Shown piece by piece: positions 1-9,811 of a DNA stretch of 64,000 bases (positions are counted from its first letter, which is position 1; each line of letters opens with the position of its first letter). The stretch is taken from contig JBHLMN010000009.1 in the NCBI GenBank assembly GCA_048938105.1, forward strand, positions 160,001 through 224,000, given 5' to 3'. Both the position numbers and the translations under genes were made by a program. The DNA comes from Promethearchaeota archaeon. GTDB taxonomy: Archaea > Asgardarchaeota > Heimdallarchaeia > Hodarchaeales > Hodarchaeaceae. Under the pieces are notes generated by a model. The model did not search any database and had not been told where the DNA came from. It saw only the letters and a program-made list of their open reading frames with translations.

Positions 1-62
1 AATATAAGATTCAAAGCTTTATATTGTTCGTGGGAAGAATTCTTTAATGTGATTTTCTTTAC

Positions 63-482
63 TTATAATTTCATTGGCAAGACTGTAGCTTTACCGTCCA
101 CAACCAGTTCATTATCTTGATTTATACAAGTTGTCTTCAAAATTACCCTTTCTTTTTCATCATCTTTATCTATCACTTCCACTGCTACAGTAATGGTATC
201 TCCTATACGAACAGGCTTTTTAAAAATAATCTCCTGCTTTAGATAAATACTACCTGGCCCTGGAAGTTTACTGGCAAGGACTGTTGAAATAAAGGCAGCA
301 GAAAGCATTCCATGAGCTACCCGCCCATGGAAGAATGTTCTCTTTGCGAATTCTTCATCTAAATGAATTGGATTTCTATCTCCGCTAACATCAGCAAATT
401 TTCTAATATCATCCTCGGTTACAGTTCTTACTAGTTCAGCTTTTTGGCCAATTTTTATCTCAGAATAACTTAAATTAACCAT
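63..482 (-). CDS. MaoC/PhaJ-family (R)-specific enoyl-CoA hydratase (hot-dog fold)
   Basis: FADVSGDRNPIHLD and AHGML hydratase motifs. Confidence 0.9.
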   Translation of the reverse strand: MVNLSYSEIKIGQKAELVRTVTEDDIRKFADVSGDRNPIHLDEEFAKRTFFHGRVAHGMLSAAFISTVLASKLPGPGSIYLKQEIIFKKPVRIGDTITVAVEVIDKDDEKERVILKTTCINQDNELVVDGKATVLPMKL

Positions 483-631
483 TTTATCATCTCAATTAAG
501 ATATAAATGAGGTAGATTGTTCCGTCACTATCATATATAAGAAAAAGGTTAATAGATTCCTACTTATATCAGAATATTCTTGACAATATTAATGCTGTAG
601 TTCTTATTTCTCTGACAGAATCTAGCTAAGA

Positions 632-2749
632 GTGAGAAAAATGTTTGAAATACCAAAACGGATCGAAAGGCTTGGTGAACTTGCAGAAAATCTTACCTGG
701 GTTTGGAATCCTAAAGCTCGCGAGCTATTCAAACGTCTCGATCACCCCTTATGGGTCTATACTGATCATAATCCTGTTCGTATGCTTCAAATAATGCCTC
801 GGAAACGGTTAGAGGCGGCAGCCCAGAACCCCGCATTTCTCAAACATTATGACGGAGTAATGTTTAACTTCGATCGAGACATGGATTTTAAGGAAACATG
901 GTTCTCAGAAAAATATCCTAATTTCAAGGGAGAGATGGCGTATATAAGCACCGAATACGGTTTACATCAATCATTACCGATATACTCCGGTGGATTGGGA
1001 ATTTTAAGTGGAGACCACATAAAAGAAAGCAGCGATCTAGGATTACCTCTTGTAGGAGTAGGATTTGTATATCCTCAAGGTTATTTCAAGCAGCTCATGT
1101 TAAGAAACGGATGGCAGGAAGCACATTATGACTATATCAAATTTGAACAAACACCCATTAATCCTATTTTTGAAAATGAACATGAACAATTACATATTGA
1201 ACTAAAATTTCCAAAATCACTTTTTTTGCGAGTTTGGACCCTGAAGGTAGGAAGCACGATATTATATTTAATGGACACAGACATAGAACAGAACAAACCT
1301 TGGGATCGAGGGCTCTCAGCACGGCTTTATGGTGGGGATCAAGAAATGCGAATACGTCAAGAAATCGTTCTTGGCTTCGGATCTATAAGAATTCTTTCTC
1401 ATCTTGGTCATGATCCCAAAATTTATCATTGTAATGAAGGTCATACTGCCTTTGTAGCTCTTGAACTACTCAGAAGAGAAATGATTGAAAACGGGAAAGA
1501 TTTCGACGAAGCAAAACAAATTGTTCACAATAAAATAATTTTCACGACACACACACCCGTCCCCGCTGGACATGATCAATTTTCTTTCGAATTAGTTTCC
1601 AAATATTTCCAAAATTACTGGGAAAATTTAAATATCAGTCGAGATGAATTTTTGGCCTTAGGCGCGTTTGACTGGGGGTATGGACAAGGACCTAGATTTA
1701 ATATGACAACTCTCGGTATTAGGTTGAGTAGATATCAAAATGCCGTATCAAAGCTCAATTGTGAGGTGAGTCGCAACATGTGGTCTAATCTATTCTCCAC
1801 AGTTGAGTTTAAAGATCGCCCTCAAATCCAATATATTACTAATGGTGTTCATGTTCCCACTTGGATTGGTATTCCATTTCAGAGATTATACAAAAAGTAC
1901 TTAGGGAAAAATTGGTTAACTAAGCAAGATGATCCAAATTTATGGGAACAAGTAGATGAAATTCCAGATAAAGAACTTTGGGCTGCTAGAGAAGAATCAA
2001 GAGATCGTATGTTCGTATTTTTACGGGAAAGAGCTCGCATCAAAAGAACAGAGGAAGGAAAAGATTCACGTCAAACATTGGCAGCAGGAGCACTCCTAGA
2101 TCCTCATGCATTAACAATTGGATTTGCCAGAAGATTTGCAACATATAAACGAGCATATTTAATTTTCAATGATCTTGAGAGATTCAAAAAGAACCTTCTA
2201 GATCGTTACACTCCTATTCAAATTATTTTTGCTGGAAAAGCACACCCAGCTGATGATCCAGGTAAAAATGTACTTCAACAAGTTTACCAAAAAGCCGTTG
2301 ATCCATCAATTGGGGGCCGTGTTGCTTTTATAGAAGATTATGACATGCAAGTGGGCCGATATTTAGTCCAAGGCTGCGATATCTGGCTTAATACACCACG
2401 TAAACCACTTGAAGCTTCAGGTACCTCTGGTATGAAAGCTGCTATCAATGGTTGCATCAATTTTTCTATTCTTGACGGTTGGTGGCCTGAAGCTTATGAT
2501 GGAAGCAACGGTTGGATTATTGGGGGTAAAGATTATGATAATCAAGAAGAACTGAATCGGGCTGATGCTCAGTCATTTTACGACATTCTTGAAAAAGAAA
2601 TCCGTCCTTTGTTTTACGAACGGGATTCCAATGACATTCCTGTAGAATGGTTAGAAGTAATTCGAAATTCAATCAAAACTGTAACACCAGCCTTTTCCGC
2701 CCGACGAATGCTTAAAGAATATGTTAAAGTGTACATTCCACAAAATTAA
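632..2749 (+). CDS. glgP: Alpha-glucan (glycogen/maltodextrin) phosphorylase, GT35
   Basis: YSGGLGILSGDH, NEGH, FTTHTP, ARRFATYKRA, EASGTSGMKA (PLP lysine). Start may be ATG 641. Confidence 0.95.
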   Translation: MRKMFEIPKRIERLGELAENLTWVWNPKARELFKRLDHPLWVYTDHNPVRMLQIMPRKRLEAAAQNPAFLKHYDGVMFNFDRDMDFKETWFSEKYPNFKGEMAYISTEYGLHQSLPIYSGGLGILSGDHIKESSDLGLPLVGVGFVYPQGYFKQLMLRNGWQEAHYDYIKFEQTPINPIFENEHEQLHIELKFPKSLFLRVWTLKVGSTILYLMDTDIEQNKPWDRGLSARLYGGDQEMRIRQEIVLGFGSIRILSHLGHDPKIYHCNEGHTAFVALELLRREMIENGKDFDEAKQIVHNKIIFTTHTPVPAGHDQFSFELVSKYFQNYWENLNISRDEFLALGAFDWGYGQGPRFNMTTLGIRLSRYQNAVSKLNCEVSRNMWSNLFSTVEFKDRPQIQYITNGVHVPTWIGIPFQRLYKKYLGKNWLTKQDDPNLWEQVDEIPDKELWAAREESRDRMFVFLRERARIKRTEEGKDSRQTLAAGALLDPHALTIGFARRFATYKRAYLIFNDLERFKKNLLDRYTPIQIIFAGKAHPADDPGKNVLQQVYQKAVDPSIGGRVAFIEDYDMQVGRYLVQGCDIWLNTPRKPLEASGTSGMKAAINGCINFSILDGWWPEAYDGSNGWIIGGKDYDNQEELNRADAQSFYDILEKEIRPLFYERDSNDIPVEWLEVIRNSIKTVTPAFSARRMLKEYVKVYIPQN

Positions 2750-2793
2750 GAAGACATTCTTCTCACATCTCAAATAAAATGTGAGGTAGGTAT

Positions 2794-3387
2794 TCAACCA
2801 GTCAGCATCTTTTGCGCATTTTCTTGCCAACTTTTAACCTGTTTGTCACTCTTTCGGCCTATCGCTGCTGCAATCTCTTGACTATGTTTACTTAATAAAT
2901 CACCTATTGTCTTAATGCCGGCCTCTGATAGCTTTTCATAAACTGTTTTTCCTATTCCCTTCACTTCTGAAACAGAGGTGAGGGTATTTACGATAGGTTT
3001 AGCGGGGACAACACGTTTCGCAGGTTCGGGTACTGTTACTACTTCGGGAGGTTTTTCAACAACAGGTTCAACTTTCCTTTTGATTTTTACGGGAGGTTTA
3101 GTGATTACTGGCTCTGGTTTGACTTTTTTGGGCTTAGGTTTTGGTGGTACTTTAAGAGAAGGTGCTTTCTTGAATAACTCACCAGTCTCAATACAAAGCC
3201 AAAGATGCTGTTGTTTGGATGGATCATCAGGGAGATAATGAAACCCAATGTCGTAAATAGCACCAGGACATGATTCTTTATGCAAAATTTTAGCCACACG
3301 ATTTGTCTTTGGTATGTTTTTCTTCACCCAATGCTTACCAATAATATAAGTGTCACCTGGTTTGCCAAGTGTGTGTTTCCACAACAT
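2794..3387 (-). CDS. Hypothetical protein: unknown N-terminal domain, Pro/Lys/Val-rich linker, C-terminal helix-hairpin-helix domain
   Basis: C-terminal VSEVKGIGKTVYEKLSEAGIKTIGDLL HhH motif; PKPKPKKVKPEP linker. Confidence 0.7.
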   Translation of the reverse strand: MLWKHTLGKPGDTYIIGKHWVKKNIPKTNRVAKILHKESCPGAIYDIGFHYLPDDPSKQQHLWLCIETGELFKKAPSLKVPPKPKPKKVKPEPVITKPPVKIKRKVEPVVEKPPEVVTVPEPAKRVVPAKPIVNTLTSVSEVKGIGKTVYEKLSEAGIKTIGDLLSKHSQEIAAAIGRKSDKQVKSWQENAQKMLTG

Positions 3388-3533
3388 AAATAATACCTAC
3401 TGATTAATTAACTGTTTTAAGACTTATTTTTAAAAAATCTTTAACATTTTCTCTTAATCCATTATTCAATGGCACAATCAAATTTTTCTAGTATTTATAT
3501 AAAGAAGTGCTTGAAAAGGTTGTGTGAATATTC

Positions 3534-4511
3534 ATGGTAAAAAAGAAAATCGGAGTATTTTGTAGCGGAGGAGATGCTCCAGGAATGAATGCTTGCTTAC
3601 GTGCGGTAGTCCGAAGAGGGATTGCTCGGGGATTAAAAATCATTGCCATTCACAAAGGTTATCAAGGATTATTTGATGAGGCATTTGAAAAGCTCACCCC
3701 TCGGTCTGTTTCAAATATTATTCAGCTAGGAGGTACAATCATCAAAACTGCTAGATGCGAAAAATTCTATAAAGAAGAAGGAGTCCATGAGGCAGCAGAA
3801 ATTTTAAAAAAACATAATTTCGATGGATTAATAGCGATAGGGGGAGATGGGACATTTCGTGGCCTATTAGAATTGAAGAAGTATTGGACAGGCCAAGTTA
3901 TTGGAATTCCAGGAACTATTGATAATGATATTTATGGAACTGATTATACAATTGGTTTTGACACAGCAATTGATACAGTAATCCAAATGCTAGACCGAAT
4001 TAGAGATACAGCCGAATCACATGAGCGTGTTTTTCTTGTTGAAGTAATGGGACGCCAATCTGGCTTTATTGCATTAGAAGTGGGAATTGGATGTGGCGCG
4101 GAAGAGATTTTGGTTCCAGAACATGTTGTTGATTTAGAAAAAGTGGCTAAACGCGTCATAAAAGCACAAAAACGAGAGAAAAAGAGTATTATTATTGTGG
4201 TAGCTGAAGGCGTAAGTAAGAACCAAATCTTCGATTTTTCTAATAGACTCACCAATCAAAAAGGACTTGAATTTCAAACACATATATCTATTTTGGGGCA
4301 TGTTCAACGTGGAGGTTCCCCAAGTGCCCTTGATCGTTGGTTAGCAACACGACTTGGTTCATTTGCTGTTGATTGTATCCTAAATGGAAATACAGGTATT
4401 ATGGTTGGTGAACGCAATCATCAATTAGTTCAGGTTCCACTTGAAGAAACTCAAAAGAAAAAACCATTAGACACTTATGCATATAGCATTATTAGCGATC
4501 TATCAATTTGA
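3534..4511 (+). CDS. pfkA: ATP-dependent 6-phosphofructokinase, bacterial PfkA type
   Basis: SGGDAPGMNA, GGDG, PGTIDND, EVMGR, LGHVQRGG. Confidence 0.95.
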   Translation: MVKKKIGVFCSGGDAPGMNACLRAVVRRGIARGLKIIAIHKGYQGLFDEAFEKLTPRSVSNIIQLGGTIIKTARCEKFYKEEGVHEAAEILKKHNFDGLIAIGGDGTFRGLLELKKYWTGQVIGIPGTIDNDIYGTDYTIGFDTAIDTVIQMLDRIRDTAESHERVFLVEVMGRQSGFIALEVGIGCGAEEILVPEHVVDLEKVAKRVIKAQKREKKSIIIVVAEGVSKNQIFDFSNRLTNQKGLEFQTHISILGHVQRGGSPSALDRWLATRLGSFAVDCILNGNTGIMVGERNHQLVQVPLEETQKKKPLDTYAYSIISDLSI

Positions 4512-4555
4512 ATCTAAGAGGGCATATATAGTTTAATTCTGCAATGTGAATTCGA

Positions 4556-5368
4556 TTAAGGTGTATACACGTGAAACACAGCCCAAGAGGCTGATGGGGC
4601 TAGTATTGGAGCTAATATTGCAAAAACTATCATGCTGGTAAGTGGTACACTAATATTATCAACCTCACTTGGAGAAAGCGCCTCTACTCCAGTACCAGCT
4701 AGGATCACGATTATGCTAAGCAGAAGAAGTGAATCTAAGCTGAAACCAAATATCAACAAAAAAAGAATACAGCTTATAAGAGATGAGACTAACATAGTAA
4801 GAGATCCTGGAACAGATTTTTCAGCAAAAATCTTAAATTTCATCCTGTTTAATTTTCTACCAACAATATCAGCTGTCCCATCTCCAAAAGCTAATATTGA
4901 AACAACAATAATCGAAACAGGACTACAATACTCTGTAAGCGGAATGGTTGTCCAACAAAATAATGTAACAAATACACCAACCAGAACATAATAAAATGTC
5001 CCTCGCAGAAGTTCACGAGGGTCTTCTGAACGGGACATTGACTGAACAAAGTGTTCACTCTTGATTCTTCCAGATCCAATAAGAAGAAATAACAAAACAA
5101 ATATACCTGGTGCAATTGAGGCAATATATGGACTGAACCATTGCCCAGAATAGAAAATAAAACTTATCAGAAGAGTTGGCCCAGCTGTAATGTGAATCAA
5201 CTTACGAGTAACATATTGACTGATAATTCCTTTCTTTCGAAGCCAAAAATTTAGTGAAATGAATAGAATAATTAGTATAATTGTAAGTATTAAAATAGAG
5301 AGATCTTGAATAAAAGCGAGTTCCGTTGGAAGAATTTCCATTATCATCACTAAATTTGTCCATTGCAC
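4556..5368 (-). CDS. Phytol/farnesol/dolichol kinase-like membrane protein (CTP-dependent polyprenol kinase)
   Basis: RKLIHI, GDGTADIVG, KSVPGS, DNISVP motifs; multiple TM segments. Confidence 0.8.
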   Translation of the reverse strand: MQWTNLVMIMEILPTELAFIQDLSILILTIILIILFISLNFWLRKKGIISQYVTRKLIHITAGPTLLISFIFYSGQWFSPYIASIAPGIFVLLFLLIGSGRIKSEHFVQSMSRSEDPRELLRGTFYYVLVGVFVTLFCWTTIPLTEYCSPVSIIVVSILAFGDGTADIVGRKLNRMKFKIFAEKSVPGSLTMLVSSLISCILFLLIFGFSLDSLLLLSIIVILAGTGVEALSPSEVDNISVPLTSMIVFAILAPILAPSASWAVFHVYTP

Positions 5369-5534
5369 GACTAAAAGAAAATTATGTAATTATTGATTCT
5401 TGGGGTAAAAAATACTCTCCTTTTTTATAATTTATCCTGAATTTCTCTATAATCTTCTCTGTAACCCGAAAACATCTAGGGATAATGATTAAAGTATTTA
5501 ATGATGTCTTAGTAGTTTAAATTCTGGTGATCAT

Positions 5535-6671
5535 ATGTGTGATACTTTCGTGGCCTTAGGATCAGCGACTCACAACGGCATGGTAATTTTCGGTAAAAAT
5601 AGCGATCGACCTTATAATGAACACCAATCTATTGTCTACATTCCGAAAAAAAGACATAAAACAAATTCTGACGTGAAATGTACATATATCTCTATCCCCC
5701 AAGTTGATAAGACAAATGCAGTTATTCTCTCGAAACCTTCTTGGATGTGGGGTGCAGAAATGGGAGCTAATGAATATAATGTTGTTATCGGTAATGAAGC
5801 AATATTTGACACGAAAGAACCCCTGGGGCCTCCTTCATTACTAGGAATGGATTTAGTTCGTCTTGCCCTTGAACGTTCTTCAACCGCAATACAAGCTGTC
5901 CATCTTATTTGTGATTTACTTGAGACGTATGGGCAAGGAGGTGCTTGTTCAGAAAAAGATCCTACACTAATGTACCACAACTCATTTTTGATTACGGATC
6001 CCAGTGAAGCTTGGGTTTTGGAAACAGCCGATAAATGGTGGATTGGTCAGCAAATTAAGGATGGTATAAGAAATATATCTAATGGATTATCCATTAGATC
6101 CCAATATACGATTGTTAAGGACGGAATTATAGATTACGCAATTGAACAAGGCTATTGTGATGATGTAGATAGATTTGATTTTGCTAAATGTTTTTCAGAG
6201 GGAATTTATAAAGAACCATCAAGATTTTCACGAGAAGGTTGGGGGAAGCATCTTTTACAATCAAATTATGGGGAAATCGATCCGATCATTATGATAGAGA
6301 TCCTTCGTGATCATTATGGAGGAATTTGTATGCATGGGGCCTTCCGAACAACAGCTTCTCAGGTTTCCTATCTTTCAAAGACGAAAGCAGTTCATTGGAT
6401 GACAGGATCACCACATCCATGCATCAGCTTCTTTAAGCCATTTGTGGTTCCTACTCAAGAAGATCCTAGTGAATGTGACATCTTTGAATTGCGAGAACAA
6501 TTTAACCTAATGGCGAATGATAGTAAAATTCAAGAACTACATTCCTTAGAGAGAGAATTTATCAAAATAATCGAACAGAGGCTACAAACTGATAACTTGT
6601 CAATAGCAGATATTCAACACCTTACTCTGGAAGCCTTAAACCGTGAAATATCCCTGATTTCTCTAAGATGA
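5535..6671 (+). CDS. Peptidase C69 / secernin-like Ntn hydrolase
   Basis: N-terminal MCDT nucleophile, FGKNSDRP, WGAEMGANE, LLGMDLVRLALER; GGTGA RBS upstream. Confidence 0.9.
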   Translation: MCDTFVALGSATHNGMVIFGKNSDRPYNEHQSIVYIPKKRHKTNSDVKCTYISIPQVDKTNAVILSKPSWMWGAEMGANEYNVVIGNEAIFDTKEPLGPPSLLGMDLVRLALERSSTAIQAVHLICDLLETYGQGGACSEKDPTLMYHNSFLITDPSEAWVLETADKWWIGQQIKDGIRNISNGLSIRSQYTIVKDGIIDYAIEQGYCDDVDRFDFAKCFSEGIYKEPSRFSREGWGKHLLQSNYGEIDPIIMIEILRDHYGGICMHGAFRTTASQVSYLSKTKAVHWMTGSPHPCISFFKPFVVPTQEDPSECDIFELREQFNLMANDSKIQELHSLEREFIKIIEQRLQTDNLSIADIQHLTLEALNREISLISLR

Positions 6672-6698
6672 GTTCATTCCTTTTCCATCAAAAAACTA

Positions 6699-7529
6699 TT
6701 ACTCAAATTTCTCATCTAACCATTTTATTAATCTATCCAAGCTTCTCTCGGGAAAATAAGCATGCTTTGCTCCTGGTATAATGAAGAACTCTTTTTCATC
6801 ACTAGGTATTTCATTAAATAATTCTCGGCCTGCTTCAATAGTAAAAAGCTCATCATCTTCTCCAATGCCAACAAAGATAGGAAAATGAAGTCTTTCTGGT
6901 AATTTTAAGTCTTCAGCTCTGAATATTTTCATAAACCGAAAGGTGTATTTAAAATTGAATAGCGGGTCATCAATCCCCAACATTCCTTCGCGATAGTAAG
7001 TTATTACAGGCTTACTAGGAAAAAACATAGAGCTAATTAGAATTCTCAGCTTTGTCAGAATGGATATTTTTGGATAAACCCCAGGTCGAAAAGTTCTTGC
7101 TGCACTCAGTAATATTAAGCCATTAATATCCTCTAGACAGTGATTTGTGGCAATAAGTGATGATAAAACTCCCAGACTATGACCAAGTAATATTACGTGT
7201 TTAGCTTTTTGTTTTATGTACGTAATTGTTTCGCAAAGATCCTTAACAAGCCTTTCTTTACTAGGATAATCTCCTCTGATACCATCAGATAAGCCATGGC
7301 CACGTAAATCTAAACCATACACTGCATACCCTTTTTGGGTTAAAGGTTCAGCTAGTATTTCGTAGGGCCCACTGTAAGCTGTTATTCCATGAAATACTAA
7401 AATAGCTTCTTTTTTAGGCGTTTTTTGTGGTTTCCATATCCTTAAAAATAATGTTTTGTCATCAGAGGTAGATATTAAATAGTGTAAGCCATCAAATTCG
7501 TTTCTTAGTTTAGTTACGCGAAGATCCAT
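6699..7529 (-). CDS. Alpha/beta hydrolase (lysophospholipase/monoacylglycerol lipase-like)
   Basis: FHG, DLRGHGLS, GHSLG nucleophile elbow, GAKH. Confidence 0.9.
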   Translation of the reverse strand: MDLRVTKLRNEFDGLHYLISTSDDKTLFLRIWKPQKTPKKEAILVFHGITAYSGPYEILAEPLTQKGYAVYGLDLRGHGLSDGIRGDYPSKERLVKDLCETITYIKQKAKHVILLGHSLGVLSSLIATNHCLEDINGLILLSAARTFRPGVYPKISILTKLRILISSMFFPSKPVITYYREGMLGIDDPLFNFKYTFRFMKIFRAEDLKLPERLHFPIFVGIGEDDELFTIEAGRELFNEIPSDEKEFFIIPGAKHAYFPERSLDRLIKWLDEKFE

Positions 7530-7704
7530 TATTCATTCACCCATTACAATAATATAGAAATATATAAACATCAATTATTATTTTTTAGAAATGGGTGAGA
7601 CACAAAGAAAAGGAAATTTTTTTTTAGGAAGGACAATTTTATTACCAATAAAGTAATAAACGGTTAAACATGTTCATTATTTAATTCCATTCCAGGAGAT
7701 AATA

Positions 7705-8874
7705 TTGGAACACAACCAAACTCAAGATTTATCTTCTTTTTATTCTGCATATCAACTCCTTGTAAGAACAGCCAAAAGAACCGTTAATTCTATAAATGAA
7801 AATCCACCTTGTCTGGTTGAATTCTGTAAAACACTTGAGGAAGCGAAAGAAAAGGATAAAAGAATTCATCTCGTTGGGATGGGCAGATCAGGGAAAGTAG
7901 GTATGTTACTGGGAGAATTATTGAAGAATGTTGGTTATAAAGTATCATATTTAGGCAAAAGTTTAGCTAAACCAGTCCGAATGGATGATGTGGTTATTGG
8001 TATCACTGGTTCAGGATGGACTAGCTTCACTATAAATACATTGCAAGAATCTATTAGTAGAGGCGCAAAAATATTAGTTTTTACTGGTGATCAATATTCT
8101 TTAGCTGCTAGATTAGCGGATTCGATAATTCTTATCCCTAGAGGTTATATAAAGGAAAAATTCGCACCTGTTTCTCATGCACCTTTGACACCTGTTTCTC
8201 ATGCTCCTTTAACACCATTGGGTACAGTTTTTGAAATGACTACAATGTGTATCGGAATTGGGGTAGTTTTAGGATTAAGAGACGAATCATCTGTTAAAGG
8301 ATTCAACGAAAATGTGAATGAAGTGTTAAGAGCAGCAGAAATGACATTAAACAATATTAAAAGAAGTGAAAAGCCTTTACAACAGTTTATCACACTCCTT
8401 GAAAGTTATTCTGGCCATTCAAAGAGGAAGCTATTTGTATTCGGTAGTGGATTCGATTCGATTATTGCTAGTATTTCTTCTATTCGATTAAGTCATTTAC
8501 GTATTAATTGTAAATCTAATTATGATTGGAGATTTAGAAGTAAAGAGGATCTATTAATTGGAATCTCGGGGTCAGGTGTGTCTACAAGTACTTTAGAACG
8601 TGTTGAGAGTGCCAAATCTGCGCATATGAGTATAGTCGGGTTAACATCCTTTCCAGAATCAAGATTAGCAAAAGAATCCGATATTGTCCTAGAAATTGAA
8701 GGCAGAACAGAGAAAATTAGTGCTGATTTACATCAGATTTCAAACCTTAGTTTTTTAATTCCATCATTTGAGTATTCTGCTGCGATAACCCTAGATGCAT
8801 GCGTTGCTCAATTAGCAATGGATTTAGGGATTAGTGAAACAGAAATGAAAGAAGAACACGCCAATATTGAATGA
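7705..8874 (+). CDS. hxlB: 6-phospho-3-hexuloisomerase (PHI) with two tandem SIS domains
   Basis: Domain 1 GMGRSG, TGSGWT, PLGTVFE; domain 2 RLSHL, ISGSGVS, C-terminal HANIE (PHI signature); GGAGA RBS before TTG. Confidence 0.8.
   Translation: MEHNQTQDLSSFYSAYQLLVRTAKRTVNSINENPPCLVEFCKTLEEAKEKDKRIHLVGMGRSGKVGMLLGELLKNVGYKVSYLGKSLAKPVRMDDVVIGITGSGWTSFTINTLQESISRGAKILVFTGDQYSLAARLADSIILIPRGYIKEKFAPVSHAPLTPVSHAPLTPLGTVFEMTTMCIGIGVVLGLRDESSVKGFNENVNEVLRAAEMTLNNIKRSEKPLQQFITLLESYSGHSKRKLFVFGSGFDSIIASISSIRLSHLRINCKSNYDWRFRSKEDLLIGISGSGVSTSTLERVESAKSAHMSIVGLTSFPESRLAKESDIVLEIEGRTEKISADLHQISNLSFLIPSFEYSAAITLDACVAQLAMDLGISETEMKEEHANIE
8165..8216 (+). repeat. In-frame 24-bp tandem duplication (PVSHAPLT x2) inside PHI
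   Basis: cacctgtttctcatgcacctttga / cacctgtttctcatgctcctttaa, two mismatches. Confidence 0.9.
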
Positions 8875-8879
8875 GCGGA

Positions 8880-9161
8880 TTATCCACCAGCTAATACTGG
8901 AAAAAATGATACATCACAGTTCTTATCGAGAATAGTGTTTAATCCATCCAAAGCATGAATATTTCGGCCATCTATGAGTATTGTCAATCCTTTCTTTAAT
9001 TCATCATTCTCTATGAAAAAAGAGCTTCCTCTTTCCCCTTTTTTGGATTGAAATAGATCAAATACTTGCTGTAACCTTATTGGTTCTTCAACTGTAATAT
9101 TCTGAGTCTCACCTAACTCAGTCTGTAGAATAGCAAAGAATGAGAGCTTAATCGTGATCAT
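8880..9161 (-). CDS. MoaD/ThiS/SAMP ubiquitin-like sulfur carrier
   Basis: Beta-grasp size, ILIDGRNI, C-terminal FPVLAGG di-glycine; start overlaps upstream stop (TAATG). Confidence 0.9.
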   Translation of the reverse strand: MITIKLSFFAILQTELGETQNITVEEPIRLQQVFDLFQSKKGERGSSFFIENDELKKGLTILIDGRNIHALDGLNTILDKNCDVSFFPVLAGG

Positions 9162-9811
9162 TAGTCTTTTCTCTTCAAGATCACTTCTTTAAGATGTTGA
9201 GTGGCTTGTTGCGGATCTGCTGATCTAGTAATAGCAGAACCAACAATTAAGATATCTGCGCCATATTCAACCGCTTTAGGAATAGTTTCCGCCTTCAATC
9301 CGCCCGCTACTGCAATAGGAATCTTGATTGTTTCCCTTAATTTCTTTAATGTGGGAAATGGAATTTTATCAAAATCTGAACGCAATTGTTGGTCAATACC
9401 AATATGTAATCCAATGATATCGACTCCTAGTTTTTCTAAATGAATAGCTCGGTTGATAGGATCTTGGACGCCAATAAGATCTGCAAAGATTTTAACATCA
9501 AATTTCTTCCCTGCCCCAACCGCATCTTTAATAGTACTATCAGGAGCTATCCCTAAGATGCAAATAACATCAGCACCTGCTAACGCAGCCATCTCTGTTT
9601 CTAGGTAGCTAGCATCCATTGTTTTGAGGTCTGCAACAATTATTTTATGAGGAAAAAGCTCTCGTAATTTTCGTACAGATTCCATACCAGTAGCTTTAAT
9701 CAATGGAGTTCCTGCTTCAATCCAATCTACTCCTCCAAGTGCACTTTTTTGAGCAATTTTAAGCGCCTCATTGAGATCTCTGAGATCTAAAGCGATTTGT
9801 AGTTTTGTGCT
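9161..9811 (-). other. hxlA: 3-hexulose-6-phosphate synthase domain of the AOR-HPS fusion
   Basis: OMP decarboxylase/HPS TIM-barrel motifs in frame with AOR, no intervening stop. Confidence 0.85.
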
